Source of the DNA: Nitrosopumilus sp.
Lineage (GTDB): Archaea > Thermoproteota > Nitrososphaeria > Nitrososphaerales > Nitrosopumilaceae
Direction of reading: 5' to 3'
DNA length: 64,000 nucleotides
Assembly (NCBI GenBank): GCA_965219345.1
Contig: OZ244732.1
Coordinates: forward strand, 1,184,001-1,248,000
Shown: in pieces, positions 31,919-40,374 of the stretch
Layout: the number at the start of each line of letters is the position of its first letter
How positions within the stretch are numbered: the first letter of the stretch is position 1
Position numbers and translations under genes: made by a program
Notes under the pieces: model-generated
Told to the model about the DNA's origin: nothing
Seen by the model: the letters and a program-made list of their open reading frames with translations, nothing else
Databases searched by the model: none

Positions 31919-32819
31919 AAGCTATGACAATAATATAATAAATAATATTCAACTTAATCTGCTTTTACTAAAAAATAACATTCATCACTCAACAGTGTTA
32001 CAATAGCACCATTACAGTTCTCAGCATGTTCTTGAAATTCATATTCATACATATTATTCATAATGATCTTACCATGCCATACGTCAAAATTAAATCTATA
32101 TTCATATTCATCAGAAAAAAAACGACCATCACCCCAATACTCAGGTGGTGTAAGATCATTAGGAATTTGTCCTTTATCTATTAAAGATAGAGTATCTGGA
32201 ATGCCGTCATAGAAATGGATTAACCTACTGTCTGCCAGTTTAAGATACCAAATATCAGCATTAGAACGGTCATCATTTTTAGCATAGTTTGGTATGAAAT
32301 CACAATAACGAAATGAAAAATGATTAAATTCAGTTATAGAACCAAATGCTTTCCCTCCCGATGCTTTTAAGTTATAAATAGAAAGCATTTTGAATAAATC
32401 CATACAGTCTTGTGGATCTGTTGATATGTTAAATTCAAGTAAACATGGTTTAGATGAATTTATCACATAAACACATAGAACATCACCATTTCTTGAAATT
32501 GCACAATCAGAGTCAATATCAAGAAGATCAATGAATTCTGTACTGCATTCTTTTGCAAGGTTTACACCATTAGTAGCAAATCCTCTCTCTGTTAATTTTT
32601 TGATTGAATCATCATATACATAAATTATATGATTGTTTTGTTTCTTCATTACAGAATAATCTTCAAACTTGTAAGCATATGCTTCGGCACTTGTAAAACC
32701 CATAACTAAAAAGCATACAGGAATTACTAAAAGAAATAATTTATTGTACATTATTGAAGTTGTAATGCAGTTTTTGTATTTTCCCAAGATGAAAATATCT
32801 TATATGGTGTATCATCAGG
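31919..32819. repeat. 901-bp direct repeat, copy 1 (copy 2 at 40375-41275)
   Basis: Ungapped match at offset 8456, about 98% identical. Confidence 0.95.
31954..32751 (-). CDS. Secreted Cys-rich hypothetical protein, copy 1 (protease partner)
   Basis: MYNKLFLLVIPVCF...AEA signal peptide; ATG overlaps the stop of the upstream protease gene (TAATG). Confidence 0.75.
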   Translation of the reverse strand: MYNKLFLLVIPVCFLVMGFTSAEAYAYKFEDYSVMKKQNNHIIYVYDDSIKKLTERGFATNGVNLAKECSTEFIDLLDIDSDCAISRNGDVLCVYVINSSKPCLLEFNISTDPQDCMDLFKMLSIYNLKASGGKAFGSITEFNHFSFRYCDFIPNYAKNDDRSNADIWYLKLADSRLIHFYDGIPDTLSLIDKGQIPNDLTPPEYWGDGRFFSDEYEYRFNFDVWHGKIIMNNMYEYEFQEHAENCNGAIVTLLSDECYFLVKAD

Positions 32820-34853
32820 ATTACATCGAGCAAAACCAGGTGTTAGATCAACGTCAAAAGATCGTCCATCAGCATAATTAGTAAATTCACAAATGTAACC
32901 CATATGAACACCAACTAGATGATTAACACCGTTAATGGTTGTGATAATTGGAGCTCCACTATCACCTGTAATACTATCATAATTTGATATTGATGTGTTA
33001 GTCAATGTAATGTCAGATTGACGTATTGTAGTTGCGTTTGTTACTGTAACTGAGCCTTGACTGTTAGTAAAGATACCAAGCATTTTAATGCTTAAATTTG
33101 GAACTAGAATATTTGTAGAATTAGTATATACATTGATAATTGTTCCATCTAATTTTTTTATTTGATTTGCAGAAACAGTAAAGTTATCATATTCAGTTAT
33201 TGGTTGGAAAGATACATCAGTTTGATGTCCAAGTTCAATTTGAGGGGTTGTGGAATTTGCTCGAATAAGATCAGATCCAACATAAATGCCTACAAAATCT
33301 ATTCCAGATTCTACTTGAAGATTGTGACCAGCAGTTACAAATCCCACATCGCCATTAGTTTTAGTAGCGCCAATAGTTATTGTACCATTACCATTATGAG
33401 GAGTACTCGTTCCATTATCAAATTGTTTCAACTGCATTAAATCACCACCATAAAACATCATTGGCATATTTTGAGAAATTGCAGAAATCTCTACATCATC
33501 AATTCCAACCTCCTCACTAGAAGAGCTCATAGAGGCTACAAAACGTAATGAAAAATCAGTGTTGTTATACATAGAAATATCATAACTCTCTTGATGCCAC
33601 ATTCTATCATTATCATTATTCTCAGGTGACCACAAATCAAGTAATACCCAAGTAGTGCCATTATACACCTCGGCTTTGAGATATTCTGTATTATCTAATG
33701 ATCTATCAATGAATCTGAGAAAACTTAGTGTAGAGTTTGTAGAGGCAGATAAATCAATAGAGTTTGCAAATGTTAGTGTGCATACAGTATCACAATTATC
33801 AGCTTCAGCTACTTTGTTTTGATTATCATAACCACTAGGTACAATATTCCCATCAAGTCTATCTGCCCTCCAATCTAATTCATCAGATTCAATCCATTTG
33901 TTTAAAGTTCCATCCTCAAAATCATCAGAAAACAACACAACACTATTAACATTCATCAAAATAGGTGTAGGCTCTATTGGTTCTGGTTCAGATACAGAAT
34001 TACTAGTAATGGTTATAGTAAAACTAGCAGTTGCAGTATTTCCAGCAGTATCAGTTGCAGTACAAGTAACAGTATACACACCAACAGTATACCAACCAGT
34101 CTCCCTATTACAAGTTACATCAACTATGTTATCTACATCATCAATAGCAGTTACAGTGAACTCTACAAATGAACCTAAAACAGGAGATCGTTCTTGACGA
34201 ACAATATTATCAGGTGTTGTAATTACAGGAGGTGTAGTATCTTGAGGGGTGGGTGGTGTTACTGGAGGAATAACAACAGTAGAAGGTGGTTGCCACATAT
34301 TATTTGAATCAAGTACATAATGATTTTGGGTTCCTAGATTAAATGCAAGAGCTTGACATAGTCCATTATCAGTAGGGGAACTACATCGGACATTGTACAG
34401 AGAAATCCATGAATTAATTAATGACTGAGATGACGGATTTACATGACTTTCAGGGATAAACACACCATAAGATACAGAAACATCAATGTCATTATTTAGC
34501 AGAGATTTAACATCAGATGAATCATACTCTAATCCTAAACTTAGTAGTATTGGATCAAGCATTACAACTAGAGTATTATTTTCCTCATCAACAAAAGTCA
34601 TTGTAAATACAAACTCATTGGCTAAAGAATAATTATTATTGGAATGATCAATCATCATACTTGTAATATCACTGTGAGCTTGTTGTAGTTCATCTGTAAC
34701 TCCAACTGCACCTTTTGGTAGAGTTGGAATTAAATCACCTAAATCCACATTATCATTGTTATTCTCATCTGTAGTTTGAGCTGATACTATACCAACTGGC
34801 ATAATCATAATTATTGCAAAAATCAGAGGCAATAGTTTTTTATTTAATATCAT
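32751..34853 (-). CDS. Secreted multidomain trypsin-like (S1) serine protease: signal, pro-region, HYR domain, jelly-roll domain, protease
   Basis: DTTPPVIT...VTCTATDTAGN (HYR), FSDDFE (jelly-roll), catalytic VTAGH, D and GDSGAP. Confidence 0.8.
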   Translation of the reverse strand: MILNKKLLPLIFAIIMIMPVGIVSAQTTDENNNDNVDLGDLIPTLPKGAVGVTDELQQAHSDITSMMIDHSNNNYSLANEFVFTMTFVDEENNTLVVMLDPILLSLGLEYDSSDVKSLLNNDIDVSVSYGVFIPESHVNPSSQSLINSWISLYNVRCSSPTDNGLCQALAFNLGTQNHYVLDSNNMWQPPSTVVIPPVTPPTPQDTTPPVITTPDNIVRQERSPVLGSFVEFTVTAIDDVDNIVDVTCNRETGWYTVGVYTVTCTATDTAGNTATASFTITITSNSVSEPEPIEPTPILMNVNSVVLFSDDFEDGTLNKWIESDELDWRADRLDGNIVPSGYDNQNKVAEADNCDTVCTLTFANSIDLSASTNSTLSFLRFIDRSLDNTEYLKAEVYNGTTWVLLDLWSPENNDNDRMWHQESYDISMYNNTDFSLRFVASMSSSSEEVGIDDVEISAISQNMPMMFYGGDLMQLKQFDNGTSTPHNGNGTITIGATKTNGDVGFVTAGHNLQVESGIDFVGIYVGSDLIRANSTTPQIELGHQTDVSFQPITEYDNFTVSANQIKKLDGTIINVYTNSTNILVPNLSIKMLGIFTNSQGSVTVTNATTIRQSDITLTNTSISNYDSITGDSGAPIITTINGVNHLVGVHMGYICEFTNYADGRSFDVDLTPGFARCNPDDTPYKIFSSWENTKTALQLQ

Positions 34854-34937
34854 TGGATCATAATATTAGAGAATAGTATTAAAACATAGATTAAATTGGT
34901 TCTGTGTAATCTTCGGGTGCCGATTTTCTCAAAAAAA

Positions 34938-36056
34938 TTACTCAGCAGCCGTACTGAGTGAGGCGTTTTGGATTATGGTTTTCCACTTGTTAACCCCATC
35001 AACCTCAATGAGTGATGCTTCCGCAGGGGTCTTGCCTTTGAGTGCAGAGTGCTTCTTGGTATAGTTGTAATAGACTCTCATGCCATCCAGTATGGCTGTG
35101 TCCATTTTCTTCAGGCCTCTAAAGACTTTCTCACGGTCACGGATTTCAGAATTTAACCTCTCTTGCTTGTTGTTATTGTCTTCGTCTCGTTTCCCAGCCA
35201 GGTGAATGTGCTTTACGTGGTTTGTCTTTTTGCCAAAGACTTTTTTGGATGATTTGGCATAGGCTGGAAGCCCGTCAGTGATGAAGTTTCTGGGGGATTT
35301 GCCAGCTTGTTTCTTGGTCATGTCAAGGAGTGAATCCGCATTGTGCTGGAATTTGTTGTCGGCTAGGTCACTAGCCAGCCAATACCTCGTGTCATCATCC
35401 ATGCTTGCAAACAGATAGCATTGCTTTCCGTTTATCTTTATCCACATCTCATCAGCCCTGAACCAGTTGCCAACCCTAGGTACTATTCCGTTGAGGTATT
35501 CGGCAGCCAATTTGGAGTATTTGTCGACCCAGTTGTAAACGGTCTTGTGGCATACGTCTATTCCCATCATCTCATAGTGGTCGGCAATATCCCTGACTGA
35601 CATTCCTGTAAAATACATCTGTAGATCTCCGGTGATTATCTTATCGTCAAACTGTTTCTTCTCGAAGCCAAAGTTTGCTGTAAAACGTCTCTTGCAGTCA
35701 AGACACTGGAACCTCTGGACATTGCCATTCTTGGTCTGTCTTGTGCCGTTCTTCTTGATATTGCCAGAGTCACAATACTTGCAGAGTTGCAGCTTGGATC
35801 TTTCCAAGATTCTAAACATGTTGTTTCTGTAACCGCCATTTCGTCTCATCATATCCAAGACAATCTTGATGTGCTTGCAGTCTGCGTTTCTGCTGGTATG
35901 GTCTGGATACTCACATACCAGCTTCTCACCATTTGTGACTGTATAGAATTTTGTAGGATCGGTTTGTGATCTTACTTTGAATCTGTCGTGGTCAATCTGG
36001 GAGCAATAACCGCTTGTTGACATGATTTGTTTTGCACGTTCCATTCTTGGGTTCAT
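34938..36056 (-). CDS. DDE transposase, IS6/IS240-like, with SWIM-like and IS1-type Zn-ribbon N-terminal domains
   Basis: CKH; CKYC...CLDC; HTH; ADEMW, ITDG, ERLN catalytic motifs; YN..K.H..L.G.TPAE. Confidence 0.92.
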   Translation of the reverse strand: MNPRMERAKQIMSTSGYCSQIDHDRFKVRSQTDPTKFYTVTNGEKLVCEYPDHTSRNADCKHIKIVLDMMRRNGGYRNNMFRILERSKLQLCKYCDSGNIKKNGTRQTKNGNVQRFQCLDCKRRFTANFGFEKKQFDDKIITGDLQMYFTGMSVRDIADHYEMMGIDVCHKTVYNWVDKYSKLAAEYLNGIVPRVGNWFRADEMWIKINGKQCYLFASMDDDTRYWLASDLADNKFQHNADSLLDMTKKQAGKSPRNFITDGLPAYAKSSKKVFGKKTNHVKHIHLAGKRDEDNNNKQERLNSEIRDREKVFRGLKKMDTAILDGMRVYYNYTKKHSALKGKTPAEASLIEVDGVNKWKTIIQNASLSTAAE

Positions 36057-36105
36057 GCGTGATTCCCCGTGAAAATTAATATAGAATGAAAAGAAATGAC
36101 ATGTG

Positions 36106-36191
36106 CGGCAGGAGTGGGATTTGAACCCACGATCTCGGCGAGAGACACAGATTCTGAATCTGTCGCTTTAACCTTGCTAAGCAATCCTGCC
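36106..36191 (-). tRNA. Non-canonical type II tRNA, anticodon CAG, discriminator G73 (Leu anticodon, Ser-like body)
   Basis: Acceptor GGCAGGA/TCCTGCC+G; D stem GCTT/AAGC with GG; anticodon arm ACAGA-TTCAGAA-TCTGT; variable arm TCTC-TCGCC-GAGA; T arm GTGGG-TTCAAAT-CCCAC. Confidence 0.88.
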
Positions 36192-36196
36192 ATGTA

Positions 36197-36246
36197 TATA
36201 TTATGCGTACACATAATATAATCCTTGCTATTAAGGGTACACATAA
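36197..36246. promoter_or_regulatory. Divergent promoter/operator: 24-bp near-perfect palindrome plus a GTACACATAA direct repeat
   Basis: TATATTATGcGTACaCATAATATA at 36197-36220; GTACACATAA at 36207 and 36237. Confidence 0.55.
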
Positions 36247-36270
36247 ATATCAACAATTCCTACGTATTGC

Positions 36271-36435
36271 ATGACAAGGTGGAAAAAAGACGAGACGGAA
36301 TTTCCGGTCAGCGTAAGCTCCAACGGACATACAAAGTCATGCAGGATTCCAAAGCCCATACTTGAACTTCTTGACAACCCAAACTCGCTAAAATTTATCG
36401 TCAAGGGGAAGCATGTAGAGATCGAGGGCGAATGA
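36271..36435 (+). CDS. Small AbrB/MazE-like DNA-binding protein (54 aa; not in the ORF track)
   Basis: MTRWKKDETEFPVSVSSNGHTKSCRIPKPILELLDNPNSLKFIVKGKHVEIEGE, with an IPK.I...L pattern. Confidence 0.65.
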   Translation: MTRWKKDETEFPVSVSSNGHTKSCRIPKPILELLDNPNSLKFIVKGKHVEIEGE

Positions 36436-36613
36436 TAGTGCTTTCATCTAATAGAATTAAGCGAGAATTAAGCGAGAATTACCCTCGACATGGGGGCTTT
36501 AGTTTCTCCAAATCTAAATGCAACCATATTGAAAACAAATCCCTAATTCCAAACAATCCTCCGAATAAGTTTGGGATTTTCACTGCAACAGGCAAAAAGG
36601 TGGTTAATCCACT

Positions 36614-37621
36614 ATGACATCAAACAATGCCTCACTTAGCAATGCAAGAGCTACCAAACAAGACGAGTTTTACACGCAACTTGTAGATATTGAGAACGAG
36701 CTTAAACACTATCAAAATCACTTTAGTGACAAGACTGTCCTTTGCAACTGCGATGATCCACGAATCAGCAGCTTCTTCCACTATTTTTCATACAACTTTG
36801 AAAGACTAAAACTGAAAAAACTCATCGCAACCTGTTATAAAAACCAGCAGATGGATTTGTTTAGCCGGAATAAATCAGAATGTGCAATATATCTCGAATA
36901 CAATGGTGACAAAAACCAAAACAAGGTTCCTGATCCTAAAGAAATTGGAATACACTACTTTAAAAAAGACGGGGATTTTCGCAGTGATGAATGCATTGAA
37001 ATCCTGAAACGTGCAGATATTGTAGTGACGAATCCACCATTCTCACTATTTCGGGAATACGTTGCACAGTTGATAAAATACAAAAAACACTTTCTAATCA
37101 TAGGAAATCAAAATGCCATAGCCACCAGAGAAATATTTCCTTTAATCAAAGATAATAAAATGTGGTTAGGTGAGAGTATACATAGTGGGGATAGAGAGTT
37201 TGGTGTTCCAGACAATTACACATTAAATGCTGCTGGATTTAGGATCGATGGGGATGGAAGAAAATTCATAAGAGTAAAAGGGGTTCGTTGGTTTACCAAC
37301 ATTGATTACAAGGAACGCCATAAAGATTTGATCCTTTACAAAAAATACAACAAGACAGAATATCCAAAATATGACAATTACAATGCCATAAACATCAACA
37401 AAACAAAAGAAATTCCAATGGATTATGACGGAATAATGGGTGTGCCAATAACATTCGTGGATAAATACAATCCAGAACAGTTTGAAATAATAGATTTGAT
37501 TAATCGATATAGTTTGTTGGACGGCCCGACACCCACAACGAAAGGAAAATACCTAACAGAATTAGGAGATAAACGAAAATATTCTCGCATCATAATCAAA
37601 CACAAAAGGATTGCCCGTTAA
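36614..37621 (+). CDS. Adenine-specific DNA methyltransferase, EcoRI-family-like
   Basis: DEFYT, VLCNCDDP, GDFRS.EC, DIVVTNPPFSLFREY, MGVPITF.DKY. Confidence 0.88.
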   Translation: MTSNNASLSNARATKQDEFYTQLVDIENELKHYQNHFSDKTVLCNCDDPRISSFFHYFSYNFERLKLKKLIATCYKNQQMDLFSRNKSECAIYLEYNGDKNQNKVPDPKEIGIHYFKKDGDFRSDECIEILKRADIVVTNPPFSLFREYVAQLIKYKKHFLIIGNQNAIATREIFPLIKDNKMWLGESIHSGDREFGVPDNYTLNAAGFRIDGDGRKFIRVKGVRWFTNIDYKERHKDLILYKKYNKTEYPKYDNYNAININKTKEIPMDYDGIMGVPITFVDKYNPEQFEIIDLINRYSLLDGPTPTTKGKYLTELGDKRKYSRIIIKHKRIAR

Positions 37622-38703
37622 TGAATATAGAACTCAAAAAAATCACTGTCAAGGAGTTATCCAAAGATTATGTGGATAATGCAGAAGAAGGCGTTTTAGG
37701 CTATGGGGGTAAACTAGACATTAGACCACCCTATCAAAGGGAATTTATTTACAAAGATAAACAACGGGATGCGGTAATTGATACAATCACCAAGAAGTTC
37801 CCACTCAATGTCATGTATTGGTCAGTACGGGATGATGGAAATTTTGAGATTATCGACGGGCAGCAAAGGACAATATCCGTCTGTCAATATATCACTGGGG
37901 CATTTTCGTTTAATTCAAAATATTTCCACAATCTACAGGATGACGAACAGAAAAAAATTCTCGATTATGAGTTGATGGTTTACCTGTGCAGTGGAACGGA
38001 CAGTGAGAGGCTAAAGTGGTTTGAGACTATCAATATTGCAGGAGAAAAATTAACTTCCCAAGAACTTAGAAACGCAGTCTATTCAGGATCATGGATTTCA
38101 GATGCCAAACTCTATTTCAGTAAAAGGAACTGCGCAGCTTATGGAATTGCCAGTGATTATGTAAGTGGCTCTGCTATCCGTCAGGAATATCTTGAAACAG
38201 CTATAAGGTGGATTTCAAAGGATAGCATAAATGAATACATGGCCAAACACCAGCACGACCAAAACGCCAACATATTGTGGAATTATTTTCAGGCCGTGAT
38301 TAACTGGGTTGAGACCACATTCAAAATCAAGAGAAAGCAGATGAAAAATGTGGATTGGGGTCCCCTGTATAACAAATACAATGATACACAGATGGATACA
38401 GAACAGATTGAGGAAGAAACGAAAAAACTGTTTTTGGATGATGATGTTACCAAGAAAAGCGGGATTTATCCATACATACTTACACGGAATGAAAAATATC
38501 TCTCGATCCGTTCATTTACAGAAAATATGAAGCAAAAAGTCTATGAATTACAGAAGGGCAAATGTGTAAAATGTCAGGAACATTTTGATCTATCTGAAAT
38601 GGAGGCAGACCATATCAAACCTTGGCATGAAGGCGGTAAAACGACAGAGGAAAACTGTCAGTTACTTTGTAAGAACGACAATCGTGCAAAGTCAGGAAAA
38701 TAG
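37621..38703 (+). CDS. DUF262 (ParB-like) plus HNH endonuclease (GmrSD-like restriction protein)
   Basis: RP.YQREF, IDGQQR, F..IN..G..L; C-terminal CxxC, DHI.PW..GG.T...NCQLLC. Confidence 0.85.
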   Translation: MNIELKKITVKELSKDYVDNAEEGVLGYGGKLDIRPPYQREFIYKDKQRDAVIDTITKKFPLNVMYWSVRDDGNFEIIDGQQRTISVCQYITGAFSFNSKYFHNLQDDEQKKILDYELMVYLCSGTDSERLKWFETINIAGEKLTSQELRNAVYSGSWISDAKLYFSKRNCAAYGIASDYVSGSAIRQEYLETAIRWISKDSINEYMAKHQHDQNANILWNYFQAVINWVETTFKIKRKQMKNVDWGPLYNKYNDTQMDTEQIEEETKKLFLDDDVTKKSGIYPYILTRNEKYLSIRSFTENMKQKVYELQKGKCVKCQEHFDLSEMEADHIKPWHEGGKTTEENCQLLCKNDNRAKSGK

Positions 38704-38725
38704 GAAATCCGTCTAGGTACAATCT

Positions 38726-38773
38726 AGAGAAGATCCACATTCCACACCCATATCACGATAACTTAGCAGAACC
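38726..38773. mobile_element. Orphan right end of a type-B element nested inside element A
   Basis: AGAGAAGATCCA...ATAACTTAGCAGAACC matches 51513-51559. Confidence 0.8.
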
Positions 38774-38999
38774 CGTGCCCGTACAGGTCAAACGCTGGAA
38801 GCACAAGGTCGGGCGGCCAGAGATAGACAAGTTTAAGACGGCAGTGGAGAGGGACAGGAAGAAATCCGGTATTATAGTGGCACATGAGTTTAGTAGGGAT
38901 GCAATTAACGAGGCTGCACGAATTAAGAGTGATACTGGCATATCAATAGAATTGAGACCGGTGAAGGACGTTTTTGGTTGGTCTAAATACGATGTTTAG
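38774..38999 (+). pseudogene. C-terminal fragment of an Mrr-like restriction endonuclease domain
   Basis: PVQVKR...VGRPEIDKF..A......GIIVA..FS; begins right at the nested IS end and lacks its N-terminus. Confidence 0.7.
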
Positions 39000-39156
39000 C
39001 TAGGCATAAATTTCATCTCGGAGAAAATTTACATTCCATGCCAGCACCCGAAGATTACACAGAACCGACAATAGGTTCTATTATCAATGGCTATGAACTT
39101 GATGAAATATTTACCTTTGAGTTTTTTGGTCTATATCTTTAACTGGATCGACAAGA

Positions 39157-39633
39157 TTATAGCTCTCTCCATTCTATTCCTATATGTTTAGGTGTATTGG
39201 TAAGCACACCTGTTGCACAGCACAGCATTACTTTGAGTCCAGTTTCGGTTTTTCCTCTTATTTGGGCATTACTAGCTTTACTGTGTCCTGATTTTGCCTC
39301 TATCCACATAAAGTTCTCTACTTTAACATTCTCAATATTATCTAATGTGCAATTTCCCCCAAGATCATACCCTAAAAAGTCATAAAGATATCTAGGCCTG
39401 TACATATTGCCAACTTTGACTATCTTGCATATCTCATGATGTATGTCATTTGGTATTTTTATTGATATTCTGCTTTCTTTAAAGTCAAATAATATATCTT
39501 TTACAAATAATCCTCCTTGTAATATTCTATCAAAGTCAACACATGCAATGTTTTTCTCAAAAAGAAACTTTTTACAGTAAATTTCGCCTAGCATTCCCAA
39601 TAATTGGTCATCTACATTAAGATAGTGTAGCAT
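39157..39633 (-). CDS. Putative PD-(D/E)XK nuclease-fold protein
   Basis: G.LGE, YDF, WIEAKSG...S.AQ. Confidence 0.6.
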   Translation of the reverse strand: MLHYLNVDDQLLGMLGEIYCKKFLFEKNIACVDFDRILQGGLFVKDILFDFKESRISIKIPNDIHHEICKIVKVGNMYRPRYLYDFLGYDLGGNCTLDNIENVKVENFMWIEAKSGHSKASNAQIRGKTETGLKVMLCCATGVLTNTPKHIGIEWREL

Positions 39634-39741
39634 ATCTATATTTTTTTGATTTTTTATTAAAGGCTTTTTACTGTAATATTCCTTACAATTTTGCTTGGAA
39701 TTGGTTTAATTCCCATTAAAACTTGTGATAATTCGTTGATT

Positions 39742-39885
39742 TTATTCTGTTATCTTTATGATATTCTTACAACTAGGACAAGCTAGAGTTATCTGTCTCT
39801 TTGTTATCTTATTTGCTACTACTTTACGGCAATATTTGGTGCATACTATCTGAAATTCATGCAATATTGCATATCTTACTGACAT
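39742..39885 (-). CDS. Small Zn-ribbon protein (47 aa; not in the ORF track)
   Basis: MSVRYAILHEFQIVCTKYCRK...ITLACPSCKNIIKITE. Confidence 0.55.
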   Translation of the reverse strand: MSVRYAILHEFQIVCTKYCRKVVANKITKRQITLACPSCKNIIKITE

Positions 39886-39898
39886 TATTTATCACACA

Positions 39899-40374
39899 TT
39901 ATACAAAGGTCTCAAGTGTTTGTTGTGCTATCATGGTTTTTCTAGGCTTTGTTTTTTTCACTGCATCTCTAGTGTCTTTTTGCCAGTGTTTGATTCTACT
40001 TGTGCTTATTTTGCAATTATGAGAGTCTTGCTCAATTAGGATATAGTTTCTTTGTAGTAATGTTGCTGCAATACCAGTTGTACCAGATCCTGCAAATGGA
40101 TCAAGTATTGTATCTCCTTTTCTACTTTCCATTGTGATTAGATGTGCCATTAGTTTGATTGGCTTTATGGTTGGATGTGTATTTTTTCTCGGGGTCTCGC
40201 CTCTGTGACCTGGGGTGTCGTTGCTTTTCTTACGTCCTTTTGATGTTATTTTTTCCATTGGCATATTCTCTAATCCTTTTTCTTTTTCTGCACGTGATGG
40301 CTTTGGGGTAATTACAAACTGTGAGATGTATTGTTTTTGCCACCACATATCAAGATCAAAGTATCTAGGGAAAG
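39899..40374 (-). pseudogene. C-terminal fragment of an N6/N4 (beta-class) DNA methyltransferase
   Basis: HPTIKPIKLM, ILDPFAGSGTTG; the catalytic DPPY half is missing and the gene is cut at the edge of repeat copy 2. Confidence 0.8.

Larger units (their letters stand above)
34898..39066. mobile_element. IS6/IS240-like cargo transposon 'A' (4169 bp)
   Basis: Perfect 23-bp TIRs GGTTCTGTGTAATCTTCGGGTGC at 34898-34920 and reverse complement at 39044-39066, enclosing a DDE transposase, a tRNA and cargo genes. Confidence 0.9.

Noticed and set aside
36106-36191. tRNA-Sec (TCA) or tRNA-Ser(AGA) reading of the TTCAGAA loop
   Set aside because: The ACAGA/TCTGT stem fixes a 7-nt loop centred on CAG, and shifted registers do not pair. 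The acceptor/T arms are 7/5, not Sec-like.
36053-36256. 67-aa ORF upstream of the transposase
   Set aside because: It reads through the tRNA gene and the operator palindrome, so it is a spurious translation.
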